In this document: positions 48,354 through 58,187 of the stretch, piece after piece
How positions within the stretch are numbered: the first letter of the stretch is position 1
How the letters are laid out: each line of letters opens with the position of its first letter
Assembly (NCBI GenBank): GCA_018830295.1
Contig: JAHJSM010000001.1
Location: 1,980-65,979 of the forward strand
DNA length: 64,000 bases
Source of the DNA: Patescibacteria group bacterium
GTDB lineage: Bacteria > Patescibacteriota > Minisyncoccia > Portnoybacterales > UBA2143
Direction of reading: 5' to 3'
Position numbers and translations under genes: made by a program
The notes under the pieces: model-generated
The model's input: only the letters and a program-made list of their open reading frames with translations
Told to the model about the DNA's origin: nothing
Database searches by the model: none

Positions 48354-48596
48354 TTATGATTTAATTTCCAGCGCGAGTATTCTTTCGTCGTGTTCTTCTA
48401 TTTTATTGTCATGTCTTTTATAAAGTTCAGTTGATGCTGTGTTCTCCTGCTCTAAATCACCCAATTTTTTAAAAATCTTATCTTGACCAGTTAAAATTTT
48501 ATCAAACTTATCTTTAATTTGATTATCAACACTAGCAAATTTCTTATCAATATTATTAAATTTTTTATCTAAGTAATCTACAAATTCTTTATCCAT
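48354..48596 (-). CDS. Small coiled-coil hypothetical protein
   Basis: IKDKFDKILTGQDKI...HDERI..LE; SD AAGGAGG; terminator hairpin at 48321-48350. Confidence 0.7.
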   Translation of the reverse strand: MDKEFVDYLDKKFNNIDKKFASVDNQIKDKFDKILTGQDKIFKKLGDLEQENTASTELYKRHDNKIEEHDERILALEIKS

Positions 48597-48641
48597 TTTG
48601 TTTTCCCTCCTTATTTTTATTCTACCACAAAATCAACAAAA

Positions 48642-49742
48642 CTAAAACAGCCGCGCCACATCTCTCCATGTAATCGCGACCATTAGAAGAATTAAAAGCG
48701 CGAAGCCAGCCGTGTGCGTAATTCTTTCAATATTTTGGCTAATCGGCGAACCCTTGATTTTCTCAATTCCCAAGAAAAGCAATCGCCCCCCGTCAAGCGC
48801 CGGGAAAGGAAGAATGTTAATAATCGCCAAGTTAATATTAAGAACAGCCGCCAATTGGATGATATAAATCAAGCCGAGCTGCGCCGCCTGACCGGTTAAA
48901 TTGAAAATATAGACGGGACCGCCGCCTTCTATCGCTGACTTTCCCGTTGAAACCAATTGCCAAAGCAAACCACCCAAAGCGATCACAATGGCATAAGTCA
49001 TATAAAAAACATCCGCGACGCCCGAATAAATCGCCTGATACCACGGTTGAGAAACAATCGTCGTTCTCGCCAAAGCGACTCCCAAACTGCCTTCACCCGA
49101 TGGCGGATTAACTCGCGCGAACATTTTCTTTTCCAAGACCTCATCTCCTCTGTGGATAACCGCCGTAATCTCTTCGCCCTCATGCGCGGTAATAAAATAT
49201 TGCATCTCTCCAACCATCTCCACTTCTATTTCTTCATCCCCCGCCTTGAGTCGCGCAACTGTGTCGCCCATCTGAATTCCCGCTTGCTCGGCGGGAGAAC
49301 CAAAAGCGACCTGGACAATCTGAACCTTCGCTCCGCTCGCGCCTACCGCATCTTCATCCTCAATCATCGTCGGAAGTCCAACCCAATGCCCAACGCCCAA
49401 AAGAAAAGCCGCCAAAACCAAATTCATCGTCACCCCCGCGACCAAAACAATCGCGCGAGTTCCGATCGGTTTGTCGCCAAAAGCCCGCCCTTTATCGGCT
49501 GGTTGAATATCTTTTTTATCAAGCCCATCCTCGCCGTAAATTTTAACAAACCCGCCCAAAGGCAAAAGATTAATGGAGTAAATTGTCTCTCCCCGCTTAA
49601 TCCCAAAAACCCTCGGCGGAAAACCAAATCCAAACTCCTCCACCTTAATCCCCGCCCGCTTCGCCATAACAAAATGCCCCAACTCATGGACAAAAACAAG
49701 CAACCCTAAAATCAAAACAAAAACAATAATAGTTAAAAACAT
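48642..49742 (-). CDS. rseP: RseP-like site-2 protease (M50) with PDZ domain
   Basis: HELGH, LPLGGFV, NILPFPALDGG. Confidence 0.95.
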   Translation of the reverse strand: MFLTIIVFVLILGLLVFVHELGHFVMAKRAGIKVEEFGFGFPPRVFGIKRGETIYSINLLPLGGFVKIYGEDGLDKKDIQPADKGRAFGDKPIGTRAIVLVAGVTMNLVLAAFLLGVGHWVGLPTMIEDEDAVGASGAKVQIVQVAFGSPAEQAGIQMGDTVARLKAGDEEIEVEMVGEMQYFITAHEGEEITAVIHRGDEVLEKKMFARVNPPSGEGSLGVALARTTIVSQPWYQAIYSGVADVFYMTYAIVIALGGLLWQLVSTGKSAIEGGGPVYIFNLTGQAAQLGLIYIIQLAAVLNINLAIINILPFPALDGGRLLFLGIEKIKGSPISQNIERITHTAGFALLILLMVAITWRDVARLF

Positions 49743-49745
49743 ATT

Positions 49746-50303
49746 TTATACCTTCATTATCTCCTCTTCTTTTTTCTTTTTTAATTCCTCTATTTTTTTA
49801 TTATACTCATCAACTATTTTTTGGATTTCGTCTTTGGCTCGGAATTTGGCGTCTTCGGAAATTTCTTTGGCGCGCTCCAAGTCCTGAATTTGACGCCAGA
49901 TTTCTTCTCTCTGACGGCGAATACTAATGCGCGATTCTTCTGTTTTTTCTTGAAGAATTTTGACCAGTTCGCGCCTTCTTTCCTCACTTAAAGGCGGGAT
50001 GTTCAAGCGAATGGAATCCTCGTCCACCATCGGTGTTATCCCTAAACTGGATTGCTTAATGGCTTGCGTAATTTGAGTAATAATTTCTTTATCCCACGGG
50101 CGGATAATAATCATCCGCGGCTCGGGCGTTTGAATCGCCGCCAATTGCTTGATCGGCAATTGTTGGTTATAGCAATCAACCGTCAAATTTTCTATCAGGC
50201 CCGGCGTCGCCCGCCCAACTTGCAAAGAAGCCAGTTCGCTCTTCAAATACTCGTATGACTTTTCTAAATTTGGTTTTAGTTTTTTGATTATTTCTTGATG
50301 CAT
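49746..50303 (-). CDS. frr: Ribosome recycling factor
   Basis: GRA.P, I.PWD, PPLSEERR. Confidence 0.97.
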   Translation of the reverse strand: MHQEIIKKLKPNLEKSYEYLKSELASLQVGRATPGLIENLTVDCYNQQLPIKQLAAIQTPEPRMIIIRPWDKEIITQITQAIKQSSLGITPMVDEDSIRLNIPPLSEERRRELVKILQEKTEESRISIRRQREEIWRQIQDLERAKEISEDAKFRAKDEIQKIVDEYNKKIEELKKKKEEEIMKV

Positions 50304-50330
50304 AGTTTTAAATTTTTGATTTTATAATTT

Positions 50331-51122
50331 CTACTTACTCACTCCCGCGTAAATTAAATTGGGATTTTGGGGGTCAATGACTATTTCTTTAATTTTGCGG
50401 CTGGTGGGCAATTGGCGGATTGTCCAATTTTCTCCTCCGTCTAAACTGCGATACAAAACTGAATCCGCTTTGTAAAATAATTGGCTCGCGTTGCTCAACA
50501 CTAACTCTGCCTCCGGGTTAATCGCGATTTTCGAAATAGCGTCTTCAAACCATTTAACTATCTGCCATGTTTTGCCGTAATCGGCGCTTTTTAAAAATTC
50601 ACCCTCGCTTGTTTTAATATAAATTACTGACGAGTCGTAATTGTCAATTGCAATTTCAGAAACAATTTGCTTTTTATCCGCGATAATATAAACCTCTTCC
50701 CATGAGCCCCCGCCATCCTCGCTTCTTAAAACTCTCCCTCTTTTATTCTGCCCGACAGCCAAATAAATTCTATCTGGATTTTCCGAATCAATGGCAATGT
50801 CATAAATATCAGCCCCATCAGAAAGCTCTTCTCCCTCGCCCGTGATTTGATGCCAATACTTTCCGCGCGAATAACTTTTATAAAGCCCGCCTCCTTTAGA
50901 GCCCAAATAAAGAATCTCCGCATCATCAGGATGAACCGCCAAACTCAAAACATCTAAGGAGGTAATTAAAAAGCGGTTTTCCATAACGGCCATTTGTTCC
51001 CATGTTTCCCCTCCATTTTCCGAATAATAAATCCCTCCATCGCCAATTCTTTTCTCAATTTCCGCCGGAACAATATTCCAAAGAACAAAAAGAAAAGCGG
51101 CAACTATAAAAAATTCTTTCAT
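50331..51122 (-). CDS. Secreted BNR/Asp-box beta-propeller protein
   Basis: Repeated S.(D/N)GG.(T/S/N)W motifs after a signal peptide. Confidence 0.85.
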   Translation of the reverse strand: MKEFFIVAAFLFVLWNIVPAEIEKRIGDGGIYYSENGGETWEQMAVMENRFLITSLDVLSLAVHPDDAEILYLGSKGGGLYKSYSRGKYWHQITGEGEELSDGADIYDIAIDSENPDRIYLAVGQNKRGRVLRSEDGGGSWEEVYIIADKKQIVSEIAIDNYDSSVIYIKTSEGEFLKSADYGKTWQIVKWFEDAISKIAINPEAELVLSNASQLFYKADSVLYRSLDGGENWTIRQLPTSRKIKEIVIDPQNPNLIYAGVSK

Positions 51123-51125
51123 AAT

Positions 51126-52052
51126 CTAAAATTCCATCATCAGAACTTCCAAAGATAATCGCGCGTTGATGCTTGAATTGGACAAAAGATTGTCTGTCTT
51201 TCTAATCGCTTGAATAATATTTTTTAATTTTGGCAAAGAATAAAATCCGCTAGCTCGCGACGACTCGGGGTAAAGAGATAAATCAGCGCATCCAGCGGCC
51301 GATAAAAGCAAATCCCTAAACCAGATTGTCCAATATCCTAAATTCCTTCGCGCTTCGGGCGTGTTTTTCGCCGCTTTCTCGGCATACTGACATCGCTCGT
51401 TGAAGTTCGCCCTTAATAATTTTTCTAAATCAGCAATCGCTTCATTTTGTTCTTCTAAAAGTTTCGGATTTTTGCAATATTCTATCGCCAAGCCCGGACG
51501 GCCATTCGCCAACCGCGCCGCTTTCTTCGCCTCTGAACTGCCGCAAAGAGAAACGAGCCCTTTTTCTATTTCCTCTCCTGCCACCGGCAAAAAATTAATC
51601 AACTGGCAGCGAGAAACAATTGTCGGCAGAAGCGATTGGAAAGACGAGGTGATTAAAATCAAAACCGTTCCGCCCGTCGGCTCTTCCAAAGTTTTTAAAA
51701 GACAATTGCTCGCCTCTCTTGTCATCCGATCCGCCTGATTGATAATCGCGATTTTATGAGACGACTGACAGGCGAACAAGCTTATCCGCCGCTGGGCTTC
51801 CCTAATTTGCGGAATGCCTATTTCCATCTCTTTTTGAACGCCCTCTTTTTCAATAATTTGCGGCTCAATGATTAAAATATCTGGATGAACCGTTTCGCTA
51901 ATTTCTATCCCCGTCAACATCTTCACGAATTCAGACGCGACCGCCTTCTTGCCTAAATGAGCGGGACCGGAAAATAAATAGGCGTGAGAAAGCCGCTCAT
52001 GCTCAATGCTCTTTTCTAAGAAATTTAAAATTCGTTTATGCCCGATTATCAT
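51126..52052 (-). CDS. holB: DNA polymerase III subunit delta'
   Basis: HAYLF.GP..LGK, HPD, N.LLKTLEEP, TIVSRC; start at MIIGH. Confidence 0.95.
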   Translation of the reverse strand: MIIGHKRILNFLEKSIEHERLSHAYLFSGPAHLGKKAVASEFVKMLTGIEISETVHPDILIIEPQIIEKEGVQKEMEIGIPQIREAQRRISLFACQSSHKIAIINQADRMTREASNCLLKTLEEPTGGTVLILITSSFQSLLPTIVSRCQLINFLPVAGEEIEKGLVSLCGSSEAKKAARLANGRPGLAIEYCKNPKLLEEQNEAIADLEKLLRANFNERCQYAEKAAKNTPEARRNLGYWTIWFRDLLLSAAGCADLSLYPESSRASGFYSLPKLKNIIQAIRKTDNLLSNSSINARLSLEVLMMEF

Positions 52053-52067
52053 AAGGAAATGAAATTT

Positions 52068-52098
52068 GGGGACTGTCCCTGTTGCGGGGACAGTCCCC
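52068..52098. repeat. REP-like palindrome type B
   Basis: GGGGACTGTCCCT-GTTGC-GGGGACAGTCCCC. Confidence 0.9.
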
Positions 52099-52116
52099 AA
52101 TCTGGTTTACATTATA

Positions 52117-53229
52117 TCACGCTACCTTATTTTCCTCAATGATTTTTATAATCGCCTCCTTTATTCCTATCTCAAACCTCTCCTCGGAAAATTTCTCAGC
52201 TCTTTTTCTGATAACAGCAGGACTGTAGGCGTCAAAATTTATTAGCAACCTGCGAACGCCATCCGCCAGAACTTCTGTCACTGGCTCGTCAAAAAATTCG
52301 CCAGTGATTCCTTCTATGACCGTTTCAACGGCGCCGCCTTTGCGGTATGCTAAAACCGGTTTGCCAAAACTCATCGCTTCAACAGGCGCGATGCCAAAAT
52401 CATCCTCGCCGGGAAAAATAAAAGCGCGGCAATTTTTAAGACATTCTCGCGCTGTCTCATCCGATTGCCAGCCCAAAAACCTAACATTAGAATGAGCCAT
52501 TTTTTTAAGCCGTTTAGAATCAGGACCTTCGCCGATAATAACCAAAGGCAATTCCAATTTATTAAAAGCGTCAATCGCCAAATCAATCCTCTTGTAAGGG
52601 GTTAATTGGGAAATAATCAAAAAGAAGCCATCATCGCGAGCGGACTGCCAATCAGCGCCCGTCAAAAAAGCCGGCGGGTAAATCACTTTTGCTTCCCGCC
52701 CGTAATATTTTTTAATCCGCTCGGCTGTTGTTTTTGAATTGGCGATAAAATAGTCAACGCGATTAGAGGCCGCTCTATCCCACATTCGGATATAGTGCAT
52801 GACAATCTTAATCGCCGCGTTAGTGAAAAATCCTTTTTTCTGCTCTTTAATATAGCGGCAATACCTGTCCCAACTAAAACTCATCGGGCTGTGACAATAG
52901 CAAATATGAACCGTTTTCGGTCGTGTAATCACGCCCTTGATAAAACTACTTGAAGAGGAAATAACCAAATCAAAATCCCTCAAATCAATCGTCTCGGCCG
53001 CCGTCGGAATAAAAGGCAAAAGATATTTCTGCCGCCGACGCCAAAACTTCGGAAACTTCTGTAAAAAAGAAGTCCTGATTTTTTTCCCGGGAAAATACTT
53101 TCCCATTTTCTCCTCATCATAAAGAAGAGTATAAATCTCCGCCTTTGGAAAAATTTTCCGCAAACATAAAAAGACCCTCTCGGCCCCTCCAAAGCGGATT
53201 AAATAATCATGCAATAAAGCGATTTTCAT
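52117..53229 (-). CDS. Glycosyltransferase family 4
   Basis: GGAERV, EDDFGIAPVEAM..GKPV; start at MKIALL. Confidence 0.93.
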   Translation of the reverse strand: MKIALLHDYLIRFGGAERVFLCLRKIFPKAEIYTLLYDEEKMGKYFPGKKIRTSFLQKFPKFWRRRQKYLLPFIPTAAETIDLRDFDLVISSSSSFIKGVITRPKTVHICYCHSPMSFSWDRYCRYIKEQKKGFFTNAAIKIVMHYIRMWDRAASNRVDYFIANSKTTAERIKKYYGREAKVIYPPAFLTGADWQSARDDGFFLIISQLTPYKRIDLAIDAFNKLELPLVIIGEGPDSKRLKKMAHSNVRFLGWQSDETARECLKNCRAFIFPGEDDFGIAPVEAMSFGKPVLAYRKGGAVETVIEGITGEFFDEPVTEVLADGVRRLLINFDAYSPAVIRKRAEKFSEERFEIGIKEAIIKIIEENKVA

Positions 53230-54356
53230 CTTGACATATTTTGTTTGGTTAAAACTCCCAGCGTTTCCCGCGCGCATTTTTCCCAGGAGAATTTTTTAAT
53301 GTTCTGAAAGCCCTTTTCAATTAAACCCCTTCTCAACTCCCCGTCGCTTATTACTTTATACACTGCTTCTGATATTTTTTCAATGTTTTTTGGCGAAACG
53401 AAGAGCGCGCCCTCGCCCGCTACCTCCGGCAAAGAAGATGTCTCTGAAGCAATGACTGGACAACCCATCGCCTGCGCTTCCAAAATCGGCATTCCAAAGC
53501 CCTCGTAAAAAACAGGAAAAAGAAAAGCGGCGGCGTTTTTTAACAACTCCCATTTCTTCGCCTCGCTCACAAAACCCATTTCAACAATATCTTTATTCCC
53601 CGCAATTCTCCCAGCGAACGCCTCATAACCATACCCTCTTCCCCCCGCCAAAACCAACTTATGCGGCAACCCGTATTTTTTTTTAAACAACTCAAACGCC
53701 CCAATCATCCCCCCAATATTCTTCTTCCCCTCCAACCGCCCAATAAAAAGAATATAGGGACTGGAAAATGGGGGCTGCCCCCGAAACGGGGGGCAGCCCC
53801 CATTTTTATCAGGGGACAGTCCCCCGCCGCGGGGGCTGCCCCCGTCTTCATAGCCGTGATAAACAACTGATATTTTCTCCGGATTGGCTTTATATATTTT
53901 AACTAAATCGTTTTTAGTGTTTTGGGAAATGGCGATAACGCGCGCTGAATTTTTTAACGCGTATTTTGCGCTCCAACGGAGATACGCCAAACGCTTTTTG
54001 GGATACATTTCGGGGTAATGCTCATACTCCAATCCGTGAATAGTTGTGACTGAGTTTTTTGGATGAACAAGCGGCAGAACATGGACAGGAATAAAAAGAA
54101 TATCTGGCTCACGCGCCGCCATTTCAGCGGACAACCTGCATTGCGTCCACGACGGCAAGCCCCAGCGAAGCCGCTTAATTTTAAAATTCTCCGGCAATGG
54201 AAAATCAAAAATTTTGTTAAAAGGAGAATATAAAACAAAACGATGCTCTTCGCTTTCCTTAAGCATCGTTAAATGTTTAATTAACTGATAAGTATATTCT
54301 TCAACGCCCGTCCGCGGCTCAACAAAAGCCGCCATAGCGTTAATGCCGATTTTCAT
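53226..54356 (-). CDS. Glycosyltransferase family 4 with in-frame palindrome insertion
   Basis: YEGFGMPILEA..GCPV, SLPEV.G; insertion GGSPRGGGLSPDKNGGCPPFRGQPP. Confidence 0.93.
   Translation of the reverse strand: MKIGINAMAAFVEPRTGVEEYTYQLIKHLTMLKESEEHRFVLYSPFNKIFDFPLPENFKIKRLRWGLPSWTQCRLSAEMAAREPDILFIPVHVLPLVHPKNSVTTIHGLEYEHYPEMYPKKRLAYLRWSAKYALKNSARVIAISQNTKNDLVKIYKANPEKISVVYHGYEDGGSPRGGGLSPDKNGGCPPFRGQPPFSSPYILFIGRLEGKKNIGGMIGAFELFKKKYGLPHKLVLAGGRGYGYEAFAGRIAGNKDIVEMGFVSEAKKWELLKNAAAFLFPVFYEGFGMPILEAQAMGCPVIASETSSLPEVAGEGALFVSPKNIEKISEAVYKVISDGELRRGLIEKGFQNIKKFSWEKCARETLGVLTKQNMSR
53770..53843. repeat. Tandem REP-like palindromes (type A + A/B hybrid) inside GT4 gene
   Basis: GGGGGCTGCCCCC..GGGGGCAGCCCCC then GGGGACAGTCCCC..GGGGGCTGCCCCC. 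Confidence 0.9.
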
Positions 54357-54360
54357 AGGT

Positions 54361-55374
54361 TTACATCTGTTTCTTAGACATAATGCTTCTTTTGTAAACA
54401 TCTAAATGTTCCAAAGCAAGACCAGTTCCTTTTGCTACGCAAAGCAGGGGCTCTTTCGCGATGCGGCAATTAACGCCTGTCGCTTCGGTAATTAGAGCGT
54501 CCAAATTTCTTAACAACGCGCCGCCGCCGCTTAAAACCATACCCATATCCATAATATCAGCCACCAGTTCCGGAGGCGTCCCGCGCAAAACGGTTTTGAC
54601 CGTTTTAATAATTTCTCTAAGATTTTCCGACATCGCTTCCGTGATCTCGTTGCTTTTAACTTCAATCGTTTTAGGCAGTCCGCCGACCAAATCGCGACCC
54701 TGGATTTTCAAAGTCGTTTCTTCTTTTTGCGGCAAAGCGCTCCCTATTTTAATTTTAATCCTTTCCGCCGTTCCGTCGCCAATTGCTAAATTATGTTTTT
54801 TTCTAATATACTCGCTAATCGCCTGGTCAAGTTTGTCTCCGCCCACCCGAACCGATTCGCAGGAAACGATCCCGCCTAAAGAAATAACAGCCATCTCCGA
54901 AGTTCCGCCGCCAATGTCAATAATCATGTTACCCGCCGGTTTGTTGATGGCAAGCCCCGCCCCAATCGCCGCCAAAACCGGCTCTTTGACGATGTATGCG
55001 TTCTTGGCGCCCGCTTTAATAGTCGCCTCAATTACAGCTCGCCTTTCGGTGGACGAAACGCCCGCCGGAACAGAAACCATAATGTCTGGCTTAATAATCC
55101 GCCAACGCCCCAAAACCTTGCTGATAAAATAGCGAAGCATCGCCTCAGTAATGCGATAATCGGCGATTACCCCATCCTTCATTGGTCTGGAAACATTAAT
55201 CGTTTCAGGCGCTTTCCCAAGCATTTCTTTCGCTTGATTGCCAACCGCCAAAATTCTATTGTCTTCAATAGAAACAGCCACCACCGTCGGCTCGTTGACA
55301 ACAACGCCCTTTTTAGGAAGAAAAACCAAAGTATTAGCCGTCCCTAAGTCAATACCAATTTTTGTGATAAACAT
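54361..55374 (-). CDS. mreB: MreB/Mbl paralog
   Basis: DLGTANT, DGVIADY, DIGGGT, PPEL. Confidence 0.95.
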   Translation of the reverse strand: MFITKIGIDLGTANTLVFLPKKGVVVNEPTVVAVSIEDNRILAVGNQAKEMLGKAPETINVSRPMKDGVIADYRITEAMLRYFISKVLGRWRIIKPDIMVSVPAGVSSTERRAVIEATIKAGAKNAYIVKEPVLAAIGAGLAINKPAGNMIIDIGGGTSEMAVISLGGIVSCESVRVGGDKLDQAISEYIRKKHNLAIGDGTAERIKIKIGSALPQKEETTLKIQGRDLVGGLPKTIEVKSNEITEAMSENLREIIKTVKTVLRGTPPELVADIMDMGMVLSGGGALLRNLDALITEATGVNCRIAKEPLLCVAKGTGLALEHLDVYKRSIMSKKQM

Positions 55375-55379
55375 AATAA

Positions 55380-56642
55380 TTAAGTGTTGACGCGCTTTAT
55401 TTCCGCTCCCATTTTTCTCAATCTTTCCTCAATCCTCTCGTATCCGCGGTCTATTTGGTAGATGTTTTCAATGACCGATTCGCCTTGAGCGGAGAGAGCG
55501 GCCGAGACCAACGCGATGCCGGCGCGAATATCGGGACTGACTAATCGCCGGCCATATAATTTCGTTGGACCTTGGACAATCACGCGATGAGGATCGCACA
55601 TAATAATATTCGCCCCCATTTGTTTGAGCGTATCAGTATAAAAAAGGCGTCCTTCAAAAATCGTTTCGTGAATTAAAGAAATTCCTTTCGCTTGAGTCAT
55701 TAAAACGGTAAATGGCGCTTGTAAATCGGTGGGAAATCCTGGATATTCATGCGTTTTTAAATCAACCGATTTCAATCGCGGCGACGGTTTGACCAAAACA
55801 AAATCCTTGCCTATTTCCAAATTAGCGCCCGCCTTATCAAGCAAAGACCAAAGCGCGTCCAAGTGATTCGGGTTCAACCCCGAAACCTTAATCGCGCTGC
55901 CCGCGGTTAATCCCAAGAGAACAAAACTCCCCGCTTCAATCCTGTCTGGAATAATTTGGCAATCCCCTTTGGTTAAATTTTCAACTCCTTCAATCTCCAC
56001 AAAAGGCGTTCCCGCTCCCTTTATTTTCGCGCCACGATCGTTTAAAAAATCAGCCAAAGAGGCGACTTCCGGTTCGCAGGCCGCGTTTTTTAAAAGTGTT
56101 TTTCCTTTAGCTAAAACGGCCGTTAAAATCATTGTCTCGGTGGCAGTCACGCTAATGACGGGAAATGTAAAATTAATTCCTTGAAGCCGTTTTTTTGCCG
56201 TTAAATTATACCCTTCTCCGTTTTCTTTAATCTTAACCCCAAACGCTCTGAACCCGTCCAAAAATATATCTCTCGGTCTTTGCCCAATGACGCATCCGCC
56301 CGGTCGCGGGAAAACAGCTGAACCGCAACGCGCCAATAATGGCCCTGTCATTAAAATTGAGCCCTTCAATCTGCTGGCGATGTCTGAATCAAAAGAAGCA
56401 GTTTGAATATTTTTTGCCCTGACCGTATAGACGCCCTTTAAGCCGTTTTTTATTTCAACGCCCACTCCTTTTAAAAGTTCCAACAAACGGAAAATATCTT
56501 CAATTTGAGGAACATTGGAAATCTTCCATTCTTGGTCCGTTAAAAGCGAAGCCGCCAAAACCTTCAAAGCGGCGTTCTTAGCGCCGTTCACTTTAATCTC
56601 CCCGCTCAATTTTCGCCCGCCTTGGATAATAAACTTTTCCAT
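55380..56642 (-). CDS. murA: UDP-N-acetylglucosamine 1-carboxyvinyltransferase
   Basis: GAKNA, PGGC.IG.RP, PDRIEAG, PGFPTDLQ, IDRGYE. Confidence 0.98.
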   Translation of the reverse strand: MEKFIIQGGRKLSGEIKVNGAKNAALKVLAASLLTDQEWKISNVPQIEDIFRLLELLKGVGVEIKNGLKGVYTVRAKNIQTASFDSDIASRLKGSILMTGPLLARCGSAVFPRPGGCVIGQRPRDIFLDGFRAFGVKIKENGEGYNLTAKKRLQGINFTFPVISVTATETMILTAVLAKGKTLLKNAACEPEVASLADFLNDRGAKIKGAGTPFVEIEGVENLTKGDCQIIPDRIEAGSFVLLGLTAGSAIKVSGLNPNHLDALWSLLDKAGANLEIGKDFVLVKPSPRLKSVDLKTHEYPGFPTDLQAPFTVLMTQAKGISLIHETIFEGRLFYTDTLKQMGANIIMCDPHRVIVQGPTKLYGRRLVSPDIRAGIALVSAALSAQGESVIENIYQIDRGYERIEERLRKMGAEIKRVNT

Positions 56643-56711
56643 TAAGTTTATATTATCTCATCGCAACCCGCTTGGCAAGACGGTTAATCGGTGTTAAAAT
56701 CGTAAAAGTAT

Positions 56712-57701
56712 ATGACTTTAAGAACGCGCCGCATTATTCTTTGTTTTGTTTTCCTTCTTTTTGTTTTTGCCGCGCCGGCAATCCTTTTTTATTCGTGGGG
56801 ATACGGCTTTGATTGGCAAAAGAAAAAACCCGTCTTAACTGGCGGATTTTATTTTGAATCCATCCCAAAAAAAGCGCGAATCGCGCTCAATGACAAACCG
56901 TCAAAAGAAACCCCTGTTTTTATTAAACGGCTTCTGCCTGGGGAATATCAGGTTAAGATAACCAAAGACGAATTTCAGCCCTGGCAAAAAAAATTAAAAA
57001 TTGAATCGGGACTGGTCGGCGAAGCGAGAAATATTCTTCTCATTCCTTTATCTCCTCAAATTGAGGTGATAGACGAAAATCTGCCCGATGATTTTTCTCT
57101 TGAAAAATTTCTTCTCCAAGAAAAAACAAATACCGATATTTTTTATATTGAAAAGCAAAATTATATTCTCTACAAAACAAACGCGAACAATTCCGCGCAA
57201 GAGCAAATCTGTCTCACCCCTTTGCCCGCGCAAGAATATAGCATTATCATTTCTCCTGTTCAAAAAATCTCCGTTTTGGGCGAAAACAATGAAATGTATC
57301 TCCTGAACCCCGAAACAAAGGCCTTTGAATTAATCGCGCGCGATGTCCAGAATGTTCAATTTTCCAGCGATAATAAAAAAGTCCTCTATTCCACGCCCAA
57401 TGAAATCTGGGTCTATTACTTGGAAGATATTTTAGGCCAGCCAAACAAAAAAGCAAAAGATAAAGAACTCATCACCCGCCTCGGAGAAAAAATTAAAAAC
57501 GCGGTCTGGTATGGAAAAACCAACGAACATATTATTTTCTCAACTGGACAAACCATTAAAATCGCTGAATTAGATGGACGCGACGAAAGAAACATCACTG
57601 ATATCATTAAATTAAACACTGACCAAATCGCCTACGACCCCAAAAAAGAAACCATCCTCGCCGTCAAAAACAAAAAACTCATCCAAATTTCCTTGAAGTA
57701 G
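56712..57701 (+). CDS. Membrane-anchored PEGA-domain protein
   Basis: N-terminal TM, S.P..A.I.LN, LLPGEY.V.I.K..F.PW.K; propeller-like C-terminus. Confidence 0.85.
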   Translation: MTLRTRRIILCFVFLLFVFAAPAILFYSWGYGFDWQKKKPVLTGGFYFESIPKKARIALNDKPSKETPVFIKRLLPGEYQVKITKDEFQPWQKKLKIESGLVGEARNILLIPLSPQIEVIDENLPDDFSLEKFLLQEKTNTDIFYIEKQNYILYKTNANNSAQEQICLTPLPAQEYSIIISPVQKISVLGENNEMYLLNPETKAFELIARDVQNVQFSSDNKKVLYSTPNEIWVYYLEDILGQPNKKAKDKELITRLGEKIKNAVWYGKTNEHIIFSTGQTIKIAELDGRDERNITDIIKLNTDQIAYDPKKETILAVKNKKLIQISLK

Positions 57702-57706
57702 TTTTT

Positions 57707-57786
57707 GGGGACAGTCCCTCGCAACAGAGAGGGACTGTCCCCGAAACGCGTGATCGGGGGCTGCCCCCGCAACGGGGGCAGCCCCC
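57707..57786. repeat. Composite B+A palindrome unit, copy 1
   Basis: GGGGACAGTCCCTC..GAGGGACTGTCCCC-linker AACGCGTGA-type A-AGATTAA. Confidence 0.92.
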
Positions 57787-57806
57787 AGATTAAAGATCTC
57801 TGTTAT

Positions 57807-57994
57807 AAGGTCAGACCTTCTGAGCGCGACCTTTAGAAAGAAATAAAAGGTCAGACCTTTCCATCAGTTTGTCACGAGAAAATAAACTGTTACGAGTTGT
57901 CGTCTTGAAAGGTCTGACCTTTTATTTCTTTCAGAAGGTCTGACATCGCAAGTAGCGACATTTCTTAAGGTCGCGCTTGAGAGGTCTGACCTTT
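57807..57994. mobile_element. MITE-like nested inverted-repeat element built from AAGGTC(A/T)GACCTT units
   Basis: Perfect 26-bp inner IR (57836-57861 / 57907-57932) and imperfect outer IR of about 33 bp (57807-57839 / 57961-57994); no ORF. Confidence 0.65.
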
Positions 57995-58038
57995 GAATTT
58001 TGAATTGAAAAACCCCGCGAAAGCGGGGTTTTATCTTT

Positions 58039-58115
58039 GGGGACAGTCCCTCGCCGCGAGGGACTGTCCCCGGAACGCGTGATCGGGGGCTGCCCCCGCA
58101 ACGGGGGCAGCCCCC
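58039..58115. repeat. Composite B+A palindrome unit, copy 2
   Basis: Same architecture and linker as copy 1. Confidence 0.92.
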
Positions 58116-58187
58116 AGATTAACTTTGAAATGAAAAAAGGGATATTCAATTATGAATATCCCTTTTATTTTTTTGAAAAACGAACAA

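Noticed and set aside
48957-49709. 250-aa plus-strand ORF (also 54461-55132 and many other plus-strand ORFs)
   Set aside because: Antisense shadows of rseP, mreB and other well-supported minus-strand genes.
7411-52100. N-terminal extensions (MGAAP.., MGTVP.., MFGGCP..) on tktC, grx, tgt, trmH, GH1, holB in the ORF track
   Set aside because: Read-through of upstream palindromes; family-typical starts lie downstream.
57707-58115. CRISPR array
   Set aside because: Repeats are palindromic, irregularly spaced and lack unique constant-length spacers; no cas genes.
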